From contig CM059438.1 of assembly GCA_030390025.1 (NCBI GenBank), forward strand, positions 58,840,001-58,904,000: DNA of 64,000 nucleotides, written 5' to 3'. Positions 12,986 to 26,404 of this stretch are shown here, piece by piece. A model generated the notes under the pieces. It was given only the letters and a program-made list of their open reading frames with translations. It did not search any database and was not told where the DNA came from. This DNA comes from Squalus acanthias. Lineage: Eukaryota. Every line of letters begins with the position of its first letter. The stretch's first letter is position 1. The position numbers were made by a program, and so were the translations under genes.

Positions 12986-15400
12986 CTCAGTGGGTCAGTG
13001 ACCGACACCAGGGTCCGAGGGTCAGCGTCCGACACCAGGGTCCGAGGGTCAGTGTCCAACACCAGGGTCAGTGTCCAACACCAGGGTCAGTGTCCAACAC
13101 CAGGGTCAGTGTCCAACACCAGGGTCAGTGGGTCAGTGTCCAACACCAGGGTCAGTGTCCAACACCAGGGTCAGTGGGTCAGTGTCCAACACCAGGGTCA
13201 GTGGGTCAGTGTCCAATACTGGGGTCCGAGGGTCAGTGGCTAACACCAGGGTCCGAGGGTCAGTGTCCAACACCAGGGTCAGTGGGTCAGTGTCTAACAC
13301 CAGGGTCCGAGGGTCAGTGAGCAACACCAGGGTCAGAGGGTCAGTGTCCAACACTAGGGTCCAAGGGTCAGTGGCCAACACCAGGGTCAGTGTCCAACAC
13401 CAGGGTCCAAGGGTCAGAGTCCAACACCAGGGTCCAAGGGTCAGAGTCCAACACCAGGGTCAGTGGGTCAGTGTCCAACACCAGGGTCAGTGGGTCAGTG
13501 TCCAACACCAGGGTCAGTGTCTAACCCGAGGGTCAGTGAGCAACACCAGGGTCCGAGGGTCAGTGTCCAACACCAGGGTCCAAGGGTCAGTGGCCAACAC
13601 CAGGGTCAGTGGGTCAGTGTCCAACACCAGGGTCCGAGGGTCAGTGTCCAACACCAGGGTCAGTGGGTCAGTGTCCAATACTGGGGTCCGAGGGTCAGTG
13701 TCTAACACCGGGGTCCGAGGGTCAGTGTCCAACACCAGGGTCCAAGGGTCAGTGTCCAACACCAGGGTCAGTGGGTCAGTGTCTAACACCAGGGTCCGAG
13801 GGTCAGTGTCCAACACCAGGGTCAGTGGGTCAGTGTCCAATACTGGGGTCCGAGGGTCAGTGTCTAACACCAGGGTCCGAGGGTCAGTGTCCAACACCAG
13901 GGTCAGTGGCCAACACCAGGGTCAGTGGGTCAGTGTCCAATACTGGGGTCCGAGGGTCAGTGTCTAACACCAGGGTCCGAGGGTCAGTGAGCAACACCAG
14001 GGTCAGAGGGTCAGTGTCCAACACCAGGGTCCAAGGGTCAGTGGCCAACACCAGGGTCAGTGGGTCAGTGTCCAACTCCAGGGTCCGAGGGTCAGTGTCC
14101 AACACCAGGGTCCGAGGGTCAGTGTCCAACACCAGGGTCAGTGGATCAGTGTCCAACACCAGGGTCAGTGGATCAGTGTCCAACACCAGGGTCTGAGGGT
14201 CAGTGGGTCAGAGTCCAACACCAGGGTCCGAGGGTCAGTGTCCAACACCAGGGTCAGTGCCCAATACCAGTGTCCGAGGGTCAGTGTCCAACACCAGGGT
14301 CAGTGGGTCAGAGTCCAACACCAGGGTCAGTGGGTCAGTGTCCAACACCAGGGTCCGAGGGACAGTGTCCAACTCCAGGGTCCGAGGGTCAGTGTCCAAC
14401 ACCAGGGTCCGAGGGTCAGTGTCCAACACCAGGGTCAGTGGGTCAGTGTCCAACACCAGGGTCTGAGGGTCAGTGTCCAACACCAGGGTCAGTGGATCAG
14501 TGTCCAACACCAGGGTCTGAGGGTCAGTGTCCAAAACCAGGGTCAGTGGGTCAGAGTCCAACACCAGGGTCAGTGGGTCAGAGTCCAACACCAGGGTCAG
14601 TGGGTCAGAGTCCAACACCAGGGTCAGTGGGTCAGAGTCCAACACCAGGGTCAGTGGATCAGTGTCTAACACCAGGGTCAGTGTCCAATACCAGGGTCAG
14701 TGGGTCAGAGTCCAACACCAGGGTCAGTGGGTCAGTGTCTAACACCAGGGTCAGTGGGTCAGTGTCCAACACCAGGGTCAGTGGGTCAGTGTCCAACACC
14801 AGGGTCAGTGGGTCAGTGTCCAACACCAGGGTCAGTGGGTCAGTGTCTAACACCAGGGTCCGAGGGCCAATGTCTAACACCAGGGTCAGTGGGTCAGTGT
14901 CCAACACCAGGGTCAGTGTTTAACACCAGGGTCCGAGGGTCAGTGTCCAATTCCAGGGTCAGTGGGTCAGTGTTTAACACCAGGGTCCGAGGGTCAGTGT
15001 CTAACACCAGGGTCCGAGGGCCAATGTCTAACACCAGGGTCAGTGTCCAACACCAGGGTCAGTGTCCAACACCAGGGTCCGAGGGTCAGTGTCCATCAGT
15101 GGGTCAGTGTCCAACACCAGGGTCAGTGGGTCAGTGTCCATCAGTGGGTCAGTGTCCAACACCAGGGTCAGTGGGTCAGTGTCCAACACCAGGGTCTGAG
15201 GGTCAGTGTCCAACACCAGGGTCTGAGGGTCAGTGTCCAACACCAGGGTCAGTGGGTCAGTGTCCAATACTGGGGTCCGAGGGTCAGTGTCCAACACCAG
15301 GGTCCGAGGGTCAGTGTCCAACACCAGGGTCTGAGGGTCAGTGTCCAACACCAGGGTCCGAGGGTCAGTGTCCAACACCAGGGTCCGAGGGTAAGTGTCC
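12986..15400. repeat. Composite 27/18/9-bp minisatellite (GGGTCAGTGTCCAACACCA-GGGTCCGA/GGGTCAGT)n
   Basis: About 2.4 kb of tandem units built from an 18-bp module and a 9-bp module. Confidence 0.97.
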
Positions 15401-16279
15401 CAAATCACCAGTCTAGCAGTTCAAATTGATGAGTGTGTTTTAAAAGAGTTGAGATTGACGGTTGAAAGAAATAGTTTGTAACCAAACAGCTTCTTGATGT
15501 TACGACAGGTCCATTTGGCTCCAAGTGTCTTTACGGCTGTGATGCCACAACGTGAGCCCCCAGTCACAGGCCCATTGCAGCTGGCAGATCCCATCAGTAG
15601 CAGTCAGAGCAAATCACTTTTTTGTTCCCAACCTCCCTCTAGTTTACAAGGGGGTGGACACCTGGATGGTGACTGATTTCCCAGTTGCCCACTCTGCTGT
15701 CAGGCCGATTGCAGACGCAGGAAAAAGGCTAAAAATTACTTAAACACTGGAGGAAGAGTTGAAAGCGGAGCTCCTGTGGGTCAGTGAGCCTGTACACCAT
15801 GGAGTCTCGTGCTCAGGCACAAGGACCCAGTTATGACCTTGCTCAGTGCCGAGTTAACTGATCTCAGTTGTGGTAGTAAATGGGTCCCTTCTCATTGGCT
15901 TCAATGTCCCTGGACGCGGCAGTGGAGAAGCAGCTACGGCCAGGGTTGCTGCTCCTGGACCCAATCCAGTGACTGCTGCTGGTAAGTGTGGATGTTGGGT
16001 GAGGACACGATAGGCTGGGCTGCAATCCCCTGCTCAAACAGTCTGTCCAACAATCTGCCACTTTGGCAAGGTAGCAGAGGTTGCTGCTAGCACCTGTGGT
16101 CCAGCAACAGGATCCGTGCTTCAAACCACAAGGCTTGGAGCAATCAATGTCCAAATCCCAACCACCATGCAAGAGGCAAGAAATAGGGGATCATCATGCA
16201 GCGAGACCGCACCTGGAGCCTAGACAAGGATCTCACAATCGAGCCACGATAGAGGCCAGAGAGTAAAATCAGTGTTGGT

Positions 16280-16701
16280 GAGAGTCCCGATTCACACTGG
16301 CCGTGTAATCTCAGTGTAGGAGAGTCTCGATTCACACTGGCCGTGTAATCTCAGTGTAGGAGAGTCTCGATTCACACTGGCCGTGTAATCTCAGTGTAGG
16401 AGAGTCCTGATTCACACTGGCCGTGTAATCTCAGTGTAGGAGAGTCTCGATTCACACTGGCCGTGTAATCTCAGTGTAGGAGAGTCCTGATTCACACTGG
16501 CCGTGTAATCTCAGTGTAGGAGAGTCTCGATTCACACTGGCCGTGTAATCTCAGTGTAGGAGAGTCCTGATTCACACTGGCCGTGTAATCTCAGTGTAGG
16601 AGAGTCTCGATTCACACTGGCCGTGTAATTTCAGTGTAGGAGAGTCCTGATTCACACTGGCCGTGTAATCTCAGTGTACGAGAGTCTCGATTCACACTGG
16701 C
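16280..16701. repeat. 40-bp minisatellite (AGAGTCTCGATTCACACTGGCCGTGTAATCTCAGTGTAGG)n, about 10.5 copies
   Basis: Exact 40-bp spacing of units. Confidence 0.97.
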
Positions 16702-17114
16702 AGGGTGGAGTTAGTTTCACATCCCGGTTTTATTAGGTAAGTGCCTCCAAGGGAAGGTGTTTGTTTACAGCTCTTGTCACTGGAGATGACTGTGTAAAGT
16801 CTTTTATATACATGCACTGACCATCTTGGGGAGTCCCACTGGGTTTAGGTGCAGTCTTGAGAATGGAGAGGTGGCAGAAGAAGCACACAAAAACTGTGAG
16901 TTATTCTGAAATCGATGGGTGGCGGGGTTAACTGAATCGAACTTCAGGCCCCCAGTAGTGGTTTCATGAGGCCATTCAGCCCCTCGTGCCTGCTCCGCCA
17001 TTCAATTAGATCATAGCTGATCTGTACCTCAACTCCATTTCCCTCGATAGCCTTATCGAACAAATGAAACTTTCTGTTGCCAGTGTCTAACCCAAGCTAT
17101 GCACAGATTAGAGA

Positions 17115-17575
17115 AAAAGAAAGAACTTGCATTTATATAGCGCCTTTCATGCTGTCTCAAAGCACATTAAAGCCAAAGAAGTACTTTTTGAAGTGTAGTC
17201 ACTGTTGTAATGTAGGAAACGCGGCAGCTAATCTGCGCACAGCAAGCTCCCACAAACAGCAAGGTGATAATGACCAGATAATCTGTTTTGGTGATGTTGG
17301 TTGAGGGATAAATATTGGCCAGGACCACAGGAGAACTCCCCTGCTCTTCTTCGGATAGTGGCCATGGGATCTTTTATGTCCACCTGAGAGTGCAGACGAG
17401 GCCTCAGGTTAACGCCTCATCCGAAAGACTGCGCCTCAGATAGTGCAGCACTCCCTCAGTACTGCACTGGGAGTGTCAGCTTGGATTATGTGCTCAAGTC
17501 TCTGGCGTGGGGCTTGAACCCTGCACCTTCTGACTCTGAGGTGAGAGTGCTGCCCTCTGAGCCACGGCTGACACC
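17115..17575 (-). mobile_element. DeuSINE/SacSINE1-like SINE, full length
   Basis: Reverse complement of head, core and tail. Confidence 0.88.
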
Positions 17576-18419
17576 CAGGGCTCACTGGGAAACAAAGCTG
17601 CTTACAGCCTCTGATTGGCCAGCCTGTAAACGTTACTACTGGAGACAAATGAAAGTGCTGTTGCCGGGAACATGAAGTGTAACAGTGCGATATTAAAGGC
17701 AGGCACATCCACCCCGGTCAGAGCTGCCCAAGATGGCAGTGATGCATGTTCTGGCTTTGGCCAGGATTGTGTGTGGATTGGGGATTGGGTTTCTGCTCTC
17801 TTAAATGATCGGTTTGTTGTGTGTGCGTGAATGGTTAATCTAACAGGCTCCCTCGGGAGACGGTGGAGACAGATAGTATTGATTCAAATGCAAATTAGAG
17901 AAATTTCTTTCAGAGAATAACATTTGGTGATACAGAATGTGTGTAATTTGAGACGTGACATGTGGTAGTGTAGCATGGTTAGGAGGAACAGGCGGCTTGG
18001 GACCTCCGGTCCCAGTGTCTGCCAATGGTGGTTTTCCGCGCCTCATGTCTGGGACTGTTGTAGACTAACTGATAGCGATTGATTGCCCTCATTAGTCAAC
18101 AATTCCATTGGTATGTTTTGGCTGGTCTTCAGACAAGGTTAAACCGCAAAAAGGCAACCAGCCAATCAGCTGCCAGATGAGCAGCAGCGGCGAGCTGCCC
18201 AATCAAAGTTTGCAGAATTTTTTTTTCCTTTTTCTTTAATAACTGTGAACAAAACAAAGGGAAGCTCTAAGCTAAATTCGAATACGGTACAAGGTGAACT
18301 AGACAGGCATTGGTAATTTTTCATCTTGTGAAGAAAGCAGGAGGCTGTGGGGAGCGCGAGCGAGAGCACTCCCAGAGAACAGTGTGGCCACCCAGCTGGT
18401 CTTAAACCCGATGGGCCAG

Positions 18420-18808
18420 CTTCAGCCAATGAAGTACTTTCAAAGTGTAGTCACTGTTGTAAGGTAGGATACACGGCAGCCAATTTGTGCACAGCAAGCT
18501 CCCACAAACAGCAATATGTTAATGACTGGATAATCTGTTTGAGTGATGTTGGTTGAGGGATAAATATTGGCTAGGACACCAGGGAGAACTCCCCTGCTCT
18601 TCTTCCAATAGTGCCATGGGATCTTTTATATTCACCTGAGAGAGCAGAGAGAGCATCAGTTTAACGTCTCATCTGAAAGACGGCACCTCCGACAGTGCAG
18701 CACTCCCTCAGCACTGCACTGGATTATGTGCTCAAGTCTCTGGAGTGGGACTTGAACCACAACCTTCTGACTCAGAGGCGAGAGTGCTGCCCACTGAGGC
18801 ACGGCTAA
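18420..18808 (-). mobile_element. DeuSINE/SacSINE1-like SINE
   Basis: Reverse complement of the SINE core and head. Confidence 0.85.
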
Positions 18809-19261
18809 CACGCAGGGCTCACCGAGAAACAAAGCTGCTCCCCAATATTAACAACTGAACGGCGAACAGTAAAAGCTGCGCTTTCGATTGCTATCTTTAA
18901 AAACCAGTGCGCTCGGGTCTCCGGAGACGCTTCATGTTCACGAACGCACAAACCATTTTGTCTTTCACACCGGAGTTCATGGGTATCCATCGCACATTTG
19001 CACAACGTTTTTGCAGTTTCAGCAGACTCCACACCTGAGCCTCAACTCCCTCTCATCCCTGTCCAAACCCTGTGACACACCAATTCCAGGGACCACCAGC
19101 TCTCCATTGCTCACAGATCACATTCTGAAATGACGGCAAAAGTTAAGAGAACAGGGAATGATGACTCTGTGCAACAGGTTAGGCCACAGGTGGAGCAACA
19201 TGGGCCAGAAAGAACGAGCTTGCATCAGACATTTTACTACGTTACAGGCGCTATATCAATG

Positions 19262-19580
19262 CAAGTTGTTGTTGCATCTAGCACCTTCCATATTCTCGGG
19301 ACGTCCCAAAGCACTTCACAGCCAATGGATTGATTTTGAAGTACAATCATTGTTATTCTGTCAGCAATTGTGGCAGACAATTGTCCCACAAATAGCAACA
19401 AGATAAATGGCCCGTTAATCTGTTTTGGTGATGTTGCTTGAGGGAAGAATGTTGACCAGGACACAGGGAGAATTCTCCTGCACCACTTTGCCATGCCGTG
19501 GGATCCTGAACAGTCAGACACACGGCCTCAGTTTACCTTGGCATCATAAAGATGGCACCTCCGACAGTGCAGCACTCTGT
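19262..19580 (-). mobile_element. Older, degenerate DeuSINE-like copy
   Basis: Diverged match to the same core (ggcacctccgacagtgcagcactc). Confidence 0.65.
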
Positions 19581-19836
19581 CAGTCCTGCGCTCCCTCAGC
19601 GCAGTGCTCCCTTTTACAAAGCACACTGAAGCCACAGAAAAGGTGTACCTGTAGATTTACTGGGATTATACTGGGCTGAGGGGACACAGTTATGGGGGAA
19701 AATGTAAAAAATACATTTGTACTCACTGGATCAGTGTAGGTTAACGGGGGAATCCAACAAAATTATCAAATGGATTGTAAAGATAAATAGTGAAAGATTA
19801 TTTCTATTGGTTAATGACTCAATGACAAGGGTCTAT

Positions 19837-20725
19837 GGGGGAGAAATTCAGTATCGCACCATTTGGGGCGCAATTATCGGCCGGGCGCAAAGATTAGCAC
19901 CTGGCGCTAATTATCGTCACCGACTGCAGACTTGACTTTTATCGCCCCTGGAGGTGATTGGAGCGCTAAATCAGGCGCTTCACACCTGTCTTAAGGCGCA
20001 AAGGCCGAGGAGCGAGGCACTACCTCAGAGCGCTGGCGAAGCTCATGTGATGTCAGTCAGCAATGGAACACACACACAATGGCGCCGGCCAGTTCTTAAA
20101 GGGGAGGGTTGATCTTGCTTTCCATCCACATCCTGCTCATTGCAGCCTTGAATCTCGGCCTGGAGAGACCTGTACGTCAAATCTGCTGGAAAGAACAATG
20201 GAGAGTACCAGGGAAAGAGCTCAGAGTGCAGCCCCCACAGTCTCTTCTAAATCGATACAAGGAAGGGCAAATCAAAATGAACCTGCAAAGTGCTGCTCAG
20301 TACCCAAAACTCCTTCACACAGCGTTGAATCTCTCCAGAAGTCTCTCTCTCTCTCAGAATGCGTGGTTCAAAAATGGCACCAACAATAAAAGGCAGGAAG
20401 CGGTCGCCTTTAAATAGCGCTCCCCCAGTCCCTTCCTGACTGCAAAACGCTCCCCTCAACCTGTCGTTGCTAGCGGCAGGCGGTAATGCAGGGGGCGCCA
20501 CTCAATATCCGCTCCGGGGCGATACCGGGGCGTTGCGCACTCGACTGACGTCACGATCTGCCGGCGCGGGAGATCGTGGCGGTAGTGTTTAGCGCCGCCG
20601 CAAAATGTCTAGTTAATTTCGCGAGCGGCGCAAACATCGCCACGCCTGGGCGCTAGATGCTTTGCGCCCCATTAGCGCCCTCTTAAGGCGCTAACGGGAG
20701 GCGCAACCAACTGAATTTTTCCTCC
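19837..20725. mobile_element. Non-autonomous DNA transposon (PIF/Harbinger-like MITE)
   Basis: TIRs GGGGGAGAAATTCAGT ... ACTGAATTTTTCCTCC; 3-bp TSD TAT at 19834-19836 and 20726-20728; CpG-rich subtermini; interrupts a decayed CR1 3' fragment. Confidence 0.8.
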
Positions 20726-20782
20726 TATAACCTTAAAAGTCATAGAATCTTACAGCACAGAAGGAGGCCATTCAACTCATCC

Positions 20783-22780
20783 AAGGAGAGGACATATAAA
20801 TTGGCCAGAAAAAGCAGTAAACCTGAGGATTGGGAGCAGTTTAAGATACAACAAAGGAGGACAAAGGGATTAATTAAGAAGGGGAAAATAGAATGAGAGG
20901 AAGCTTGCAGGGAACATAAAAACTGACTGTAAAAGCTTTTATAGATATGTAAAGAGAAAAAGATTGGTGACGTCAAGCGTAGGTCCCTTGCAGTCAGAAT
21001 CAGGGGAACTTATAATGGGGAACAAAGAAATGGCAGACCAATTAAATACATATTTTGGTTCTGTCTTCACAAAGGAGGACAAAAATAACCTCCCAGAGAT
21101 GTTGGGGAACATAGGGTCTGATGAAAGGGAGGAACTGAAAGAAATCAGTATTTGTAGGGAAATGGTGTTAGGGAAATTGGCGGGATTGAAGGCCGATAAA
21201 TCCCCAGGGCCTGATAATCTACATCCTAGGGTACTTAAGGAAGTGGCCCTAGAAATAGTAGATGCATTGCTGATCATCTTCCAACATTCGATGGAATCTG
21301 GAACAACATCCATGAAATGGAGGGTAGCTAATGTTACCCCACCATTCAAAAAAGGTGGTAGAGAGAAAACGGGGAATTACAGACCGGTAAGCCTGACATC
21401 GGTAGTGGGGAAAATGCTAGAGTCCATTATAAAAGATGTAATAGCAGAGCACTTGGAAAACAGTGACAGGATCGGACAAAGTCAACATGGATTTACAAAA
21501 GGTAAATCGTGCTTGACTAATCTACTGGAATTTTTTGAGGATCTAACTGGTAAAATAGATAAGGGAGAACCAGTGGATGTGGTGTATTTGGACTTTCAAA
21601 AGGCTTTCGATAAGGTCCCGCATAAGAGATTAGCGTGTAAAGTTAAGGCACATGGGATTGGGGGCAAGGTATTGACTTGGATAGAGAACTGGTTGGCAGA
21701 CAGAAAGCAAAGAGTTGGAATAAATGGGTCTTTTTCCGAGTGGCAGGCAGTGACTAGTGGGGTACCGCAGGGATCAGTCCTTGGACCCCAGCTATTCACA
21801 ATATATATTAATGATCTAGACAAGGGAACTAGATGTAATATCTCCAAGTTTGCAGATGACACAAAGCTGGGTGGGCGTGTGTGCTGTGAGGAGGATACCG
21901 AGAAACTCCAGGATGATTTGGACAGGTTGGGTGATTGGGCAGAAGCATGGCAGATGCAATATAACGTGGATAAATGCGAGGTTATGCACTTTGGTGTCAA
22001 AAACAGGAAGGCAGATTATTATCTGAATGGCAATAGATTAGGAGAAGGGGAAGTGCAACGAGACCTGGGTGTCCTTGTGCACCAGTCACTGAAGGTAAGC
22101 ATGCAGGTGCAGCAGGCGGTGAAGAAGGCAAATGGTATGTTGGCCTTCGTAGCGAGAGGGTTTGAGTACAGGAACAAGGATGTCTTGCTGCAGTTGTACA
22201 GGGCCTTGGTGAGACCACATCTTGAGTATTGTGTGCAGTTTTGGTCGCCTTATCTGAGGAAGGAGGTTCTTGCCATGGAAGGAGTTCAGCGAAGATTCAC
22301 CAGGCTGATACCTGGGATGGCAGGAATGACGTATGAGGAGAGATTGGGTCGATTGGGCTTATACTCGCTGGAGTTTAGAAGAATGAGAGGGGATCTCATT
22401 GAAACTTATAAAATTCTGACAGGACTGGACAGACTAGATGCAGGAAGGATGTTCCCGATGGTCGGGGAGTCCAGAACCAGGGGTCACAGTCTAAGGATAA
22501 GGGGTAAGCCATTTAGGACAGAAATGAGGAGGAATTTCTTCACCCAGAGAGTGGTGAACCTGTGGAGTTCTCTACCACAGAAGGCAGTAGAGGCCAATTC
22601 ATTAAATATATTCAAGAAGGAGTTGGATATATTTCTTAAGGCTAAAGGGATCAAGGGATATGGGGAGAAGGCAGGGACAGGGTTCTGAATTTGGATGATC
22701 AGCCATGATCGCATTGAATGGCGGAGCAGGCTAGAGGGGCCGAATGGCCTACTCCTGCTCCTATCTTCTATGTTTCTATG
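20783..22780 (+). mobile_element. Young 5'-truncated CR1 LINE with an uninterrupted RT ORF (20964-22688)
   Basis: NYRPVSLTS, QHGF, YLDFQKAFDKVPH, GVPQGSVLGP, FADD; 3' tail ttctatgtttctatg. Inserted into an older minus-strand CR1 tail (20741-20782 and 22781-22998). Confidence 0.96.
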
Positions 22781-23082
22781 TGCCTGTGCCGGCTCTTTGA
22801 AAGAGCTCTCCAATTAGTCCCGCTCCCCTGCTCTTCCCCATAGTCCTGAAAATTTTCCCTTTTCAATTCCCTTTTGAAAATGATTATTGAATCTGCTTCC
22901 ACCACCCTTTCAGACAGTGTATTCCAGATCACAACAGCTCGCTGCGTAAAAAAAAATCTCTGGTCATCTCCCCTCTGGTTCCTTTGCCAATTATCTTAGG
23001 GTTAGTATTAGAAACATGAAGGGGCTATGCTACGTTATTGTTCATATAAAGGGTTACTTGAACCTGGAACTCCTGCAGCGAC

Positions 23083-23250
23083 GTCGCTGGCTCAAAATCC
23101 TGGAACTCCCTCCCTAACAGCACTGTGGGAGTACCTTCACCACACGGACTGCAGCGGCTCACCACCACCTTCTCAAGGGCAAATTAGGGATGGGCAATAA
23201 ATGCTGGCTTTGCCAGCGACGCCCTCATCCCAGGAACAAATTAAAAGAAA
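23083..23250 (+). mobile_element. 3' tail fragment of the 2640-4895 LINE family
   Basis: aaaatcctggaactccctccctaacagcactgtggg...aataaatgctggc matches 4717-4860. Confidence 0.8.
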
Positions 23251-23715
23251 TTACAAGGGGAAATCCAATTAAAAAAAACATGAAGCAGAAACAAATTTAT
23301 GGTTAGAAGGGAAACATCAGGAGAATGGGTTACCTGTAGCTAGCTGCGGTGTGGAGCAGCACAGGCACGCTGGGCTGACATGGATTTCTAGCATTCTATC
23401 AATGAGATTAATCATGGAATAAAGTCTGCAGTGTCACCAAGTGCCTGCAGGTGGCGGTGCTGAGATTGGTCCTGTGTGGTGACGGTACATTGCACCACCA
23501 GCAGGAACAAAGAGTTACTGCAGTCACAACGGAAGAGGTCAAAGTAACTGGAAAACATTCATGCCTGGCTCACAAACTTTGCACCATGAAAGTGATTTGT
23601 GCCATTTGTGTCACAAATCGCCCCCTTTCCAACTATCACACCGACAGCGGACAGCACACAACAGTAAAACCAGAGACCACTGCAGCTTTTAAGCAAGGCT
23701 GAGTGGTGACCTAAT

Positions 23716-24590
23716 AAGAACATAAGGATTAGGAGCAGGAGTAGGCCATTTGGCCCCTCGAGCCTGCTCCGCCATTCAATAAGATCAGGGCTGATCTTCT
23801 ACCTCAACCCCACCTTCCCGCACTATCACCATACCCCTCGATTCCCCTAGAGTCCAAAAATCTATCAATCTCAGCCTTGAATATACTCAACGACTGAGCA
23901 TCCGCAGCCCTCTGGGACACAGAATTTCAACCTTTAAGATTATGAAGGAGTTCGATAGGGTAGATGCAGAGAAGATGTTTTCACTTGTGGGGAAGACCAA
24001 ACCGAGGGGTCATAAATATAACATGAAAGCAAAATACTGCAGATGCTGGAAATCTGAAATAAGAACAGAAAATGCTGGAAATACTCAGCAGGTCAGGTAG
24101 CATCTGTGGAGAGAGAAACAGAGTCTACGTTCCAGGTCGATGACCCTTCGTCAGAACTGGCATCGACCCGAAACGTTAACTCTGTTTCTCTCTCCACAGA
24201 TGCTGCCTGACCTGCTGAGTATTTCCAGCATTTTCTGTTTTTATGTCATCAACATAAGATAGTCACTAATAAATCAAACAGGGAATTCTGGAGGAACTCC
24301 TTTACCCAGAGAGTGGTGAGAATGTGGAACTCACGACCACAAGGAGTAGTTGAGGTGAATAGCAGAGATGCATTTAAGGGGAAGCTAGATAAGTACCTGT
24401 GGGAGAAAGGAATAGAAGGAGATGCTGATAGAGTGAGATGAAGTAGGGTGGGAGGAGACTGGAGTGGAACATAAACACCGACACAGACCAGTTGGTAAGT
24501 AAACATTTGGCGCAGAAGTTGATACAGGGCTATGGAGAGAGCAGGGTAGTGAGGTTAGTTTGGGATTGCTCGAGCAAAAAGGTGGCATAC
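23716..24590. mobile_element. Cluster of CR1 3' fragments (both strands) containing a palindromic insert
   Basis: Minus-strand tail at 23716-23930; plus-strand fragment 23935-24495 (FTQRVVRMWNS) is split at about 24021-24250. Confidence 0.75.
24026..24243. mobile_element. Penelope-like palindromic element (family A)
   Basis: Inverted arms 24061-24142 and 24161-24242 with an 18-nt loop. Hammerhead-core remnants: CTGACGA on the minus strand at 24148-24154 and CGAAACGTT on the plus strand at 24169-24177. Confidence 0.75.
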
Positions 24591-24601
24591 TTTCAGTAAG
24601 A

Positions 24602-26404
24602 GCAGCGAGTGACAGTTCAGGGTGACACTGGCAGCGAGTGACAGTTCAGGGTGACACTGGCAGCGAGTGACAGTTCAGGGTGACACTGGCAGCGAGTGAC
24701 AGTTCAGGGTGACACTGGCAGCGAGTGACAGTTCAGGGTGACACTGGCAGCGAGTGACAGTTCAGGGTGACACTGGCAGCGAGTGACAGTTCAGGGTGAC
24801 ACTGGCAGCGAGTGACAGTTCAGGGTGACACTGGCAGCGAGTGACAGTTCAGGGTGACACTGGCAGCGAGTGACAGTTCAGGGTGACACTGGCAGCGAGT
24901 GACAGTTCAGGGTGACACTGGCAGCGAGTGACAGTTCAGGGTGACACTGGCAGCGAGTGACAGTTCAGGGTGACACTGGCAGCGAGTGACAGTTCAGGGT
25001 GACACTGGCAGCGAGTGACAGTTCAGGGTGACACTGGCAGCGAGTGACAGTTCAGGGTGACACTGGCAGCGAGTGACAGTTCAGGGTGACACTGGCAGCG
25101 AGTGACAGTTCAGGGTGACACTGGCAGCGAGTGACAGTTCAGGGTGACACTGGCAGCGAGTGACAGTTCAGGGTGACACTGGCAGCGAGTGACAGTTCAG
25201 GGTGACACTGGCAGCGAGTGACAGTTCAGGGTGACACTGGCAGCGAGTGACAGTTCAGGGTGACACTGGCAGCGAGTGACAGTTCAGGGTGACACTGGCA
25301 GCGAGTGACAGTTCAGGGTGACACTGGCAGCGAGTGACAGTTCAGGGTGACACTGGCAGCGAGTGACAGTTCAGGGTGACACTGGCAGCGAGTGACAGTT
25401 CAGGGTGACACTGGCAGCGAGTGACAGTTCAGGGTGACACTGGCAGCGAGTGACAGTTCAGGGTGACACTGGCAGCGAGTGACAGTTCAGGGTGACACTG
25501 GCAGCGAGTGACAGTTCAGGGTGACACTGGCAGCGAGTGACAGTTCAGGGTGACACTGGCAGCGAGTGACAGTTCAGGGTGACACTGGCAGCGAGTGACA
25601 GTTCAGGGTGACACTGGCAGCGAGTGACAGTTCAGGGTGACACTGGCAGCGAGTGACAGTTCAGGGTGACACTGGCAGCGAGTGACAGTTCAGGGTGACA
25701 CTGGCAGCGAGTGACAGTTCAGGGTGACACTGGCAGCGAGTGACAGTTCAGGGTGACACTGGCAGCGAGTGACAGTTCAGGGTGACACTGGCAGCGAGTG
25801 ACAGTTCAGGGTGACACTGGCAGCGAGTGACAGTTCAGGGTGACACTGGCAGCGAGTGACAGTTCAGGGTGACACTGGCAGCGAGTGACAGTTCAGGGTG
25901 ACACTGGCAGCGAGTGACAGTTCAGGGTGACACTGGCAGCGAGTGACAGTTCAGGGTGACACTGGCAGCGAGTGACAGTTCAGGGTGACACTGGCAGCGA
26001 GTGACAGTTCAGGGTGACACTGGCAGCGAGTGACAGTTCAGGGTGACACTGGCAGCGAGTGACAGTTCAGGGTGACACTGGCAGCGAGTGACAGTTCAGG
26101 GTGACACTGGCAGCGAGTGACAGTTCAGGGTGACACTGGCAGCGAGTGACAGTTCAGGGTGACACTGGCAGCGAGTGACAGTTCAGGGTGACACTGGCAG
26201 CGAGTGGCAGTTCAGGGTGACACTGGCAGCGAGTGACAGTTCAGGGTGACACTGGCAGCGAGGGGCAGTTCAGGGTGACACTGGCAGCGAGTGACAGTTC
26301 AGGGTGACACTGGCAGCGAGTGACAGTTCAGGGTGACACTGGCAGCGAGTGACAGTTCAGGGTGACACTGGCAGCGAGTGACAGTTCAGGGTGACACTGG
26401 CAGT
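24602..26404. repeat. Near-perfect 29-bp minisatellite (GCAGCGAGTGACAGTTCAGGGTGACACTG)n, about 62 copies
   Basis: Exact 29-bp period; variants seen only near 26207 and 26263-26265. Confidence 0.99.

Noticed and set aside
12856..15429. GQCPTPGS / SVSNTRV repeat ORFs
   Set aside because: Translations of the 27/18-bp array, with no unique coding flanks.
24602..26404. CRISPR-like regular repeat
   Set aside because: Units are head-to-tail with no unique spacers, there are no cas genes, and the context is vertebrate.
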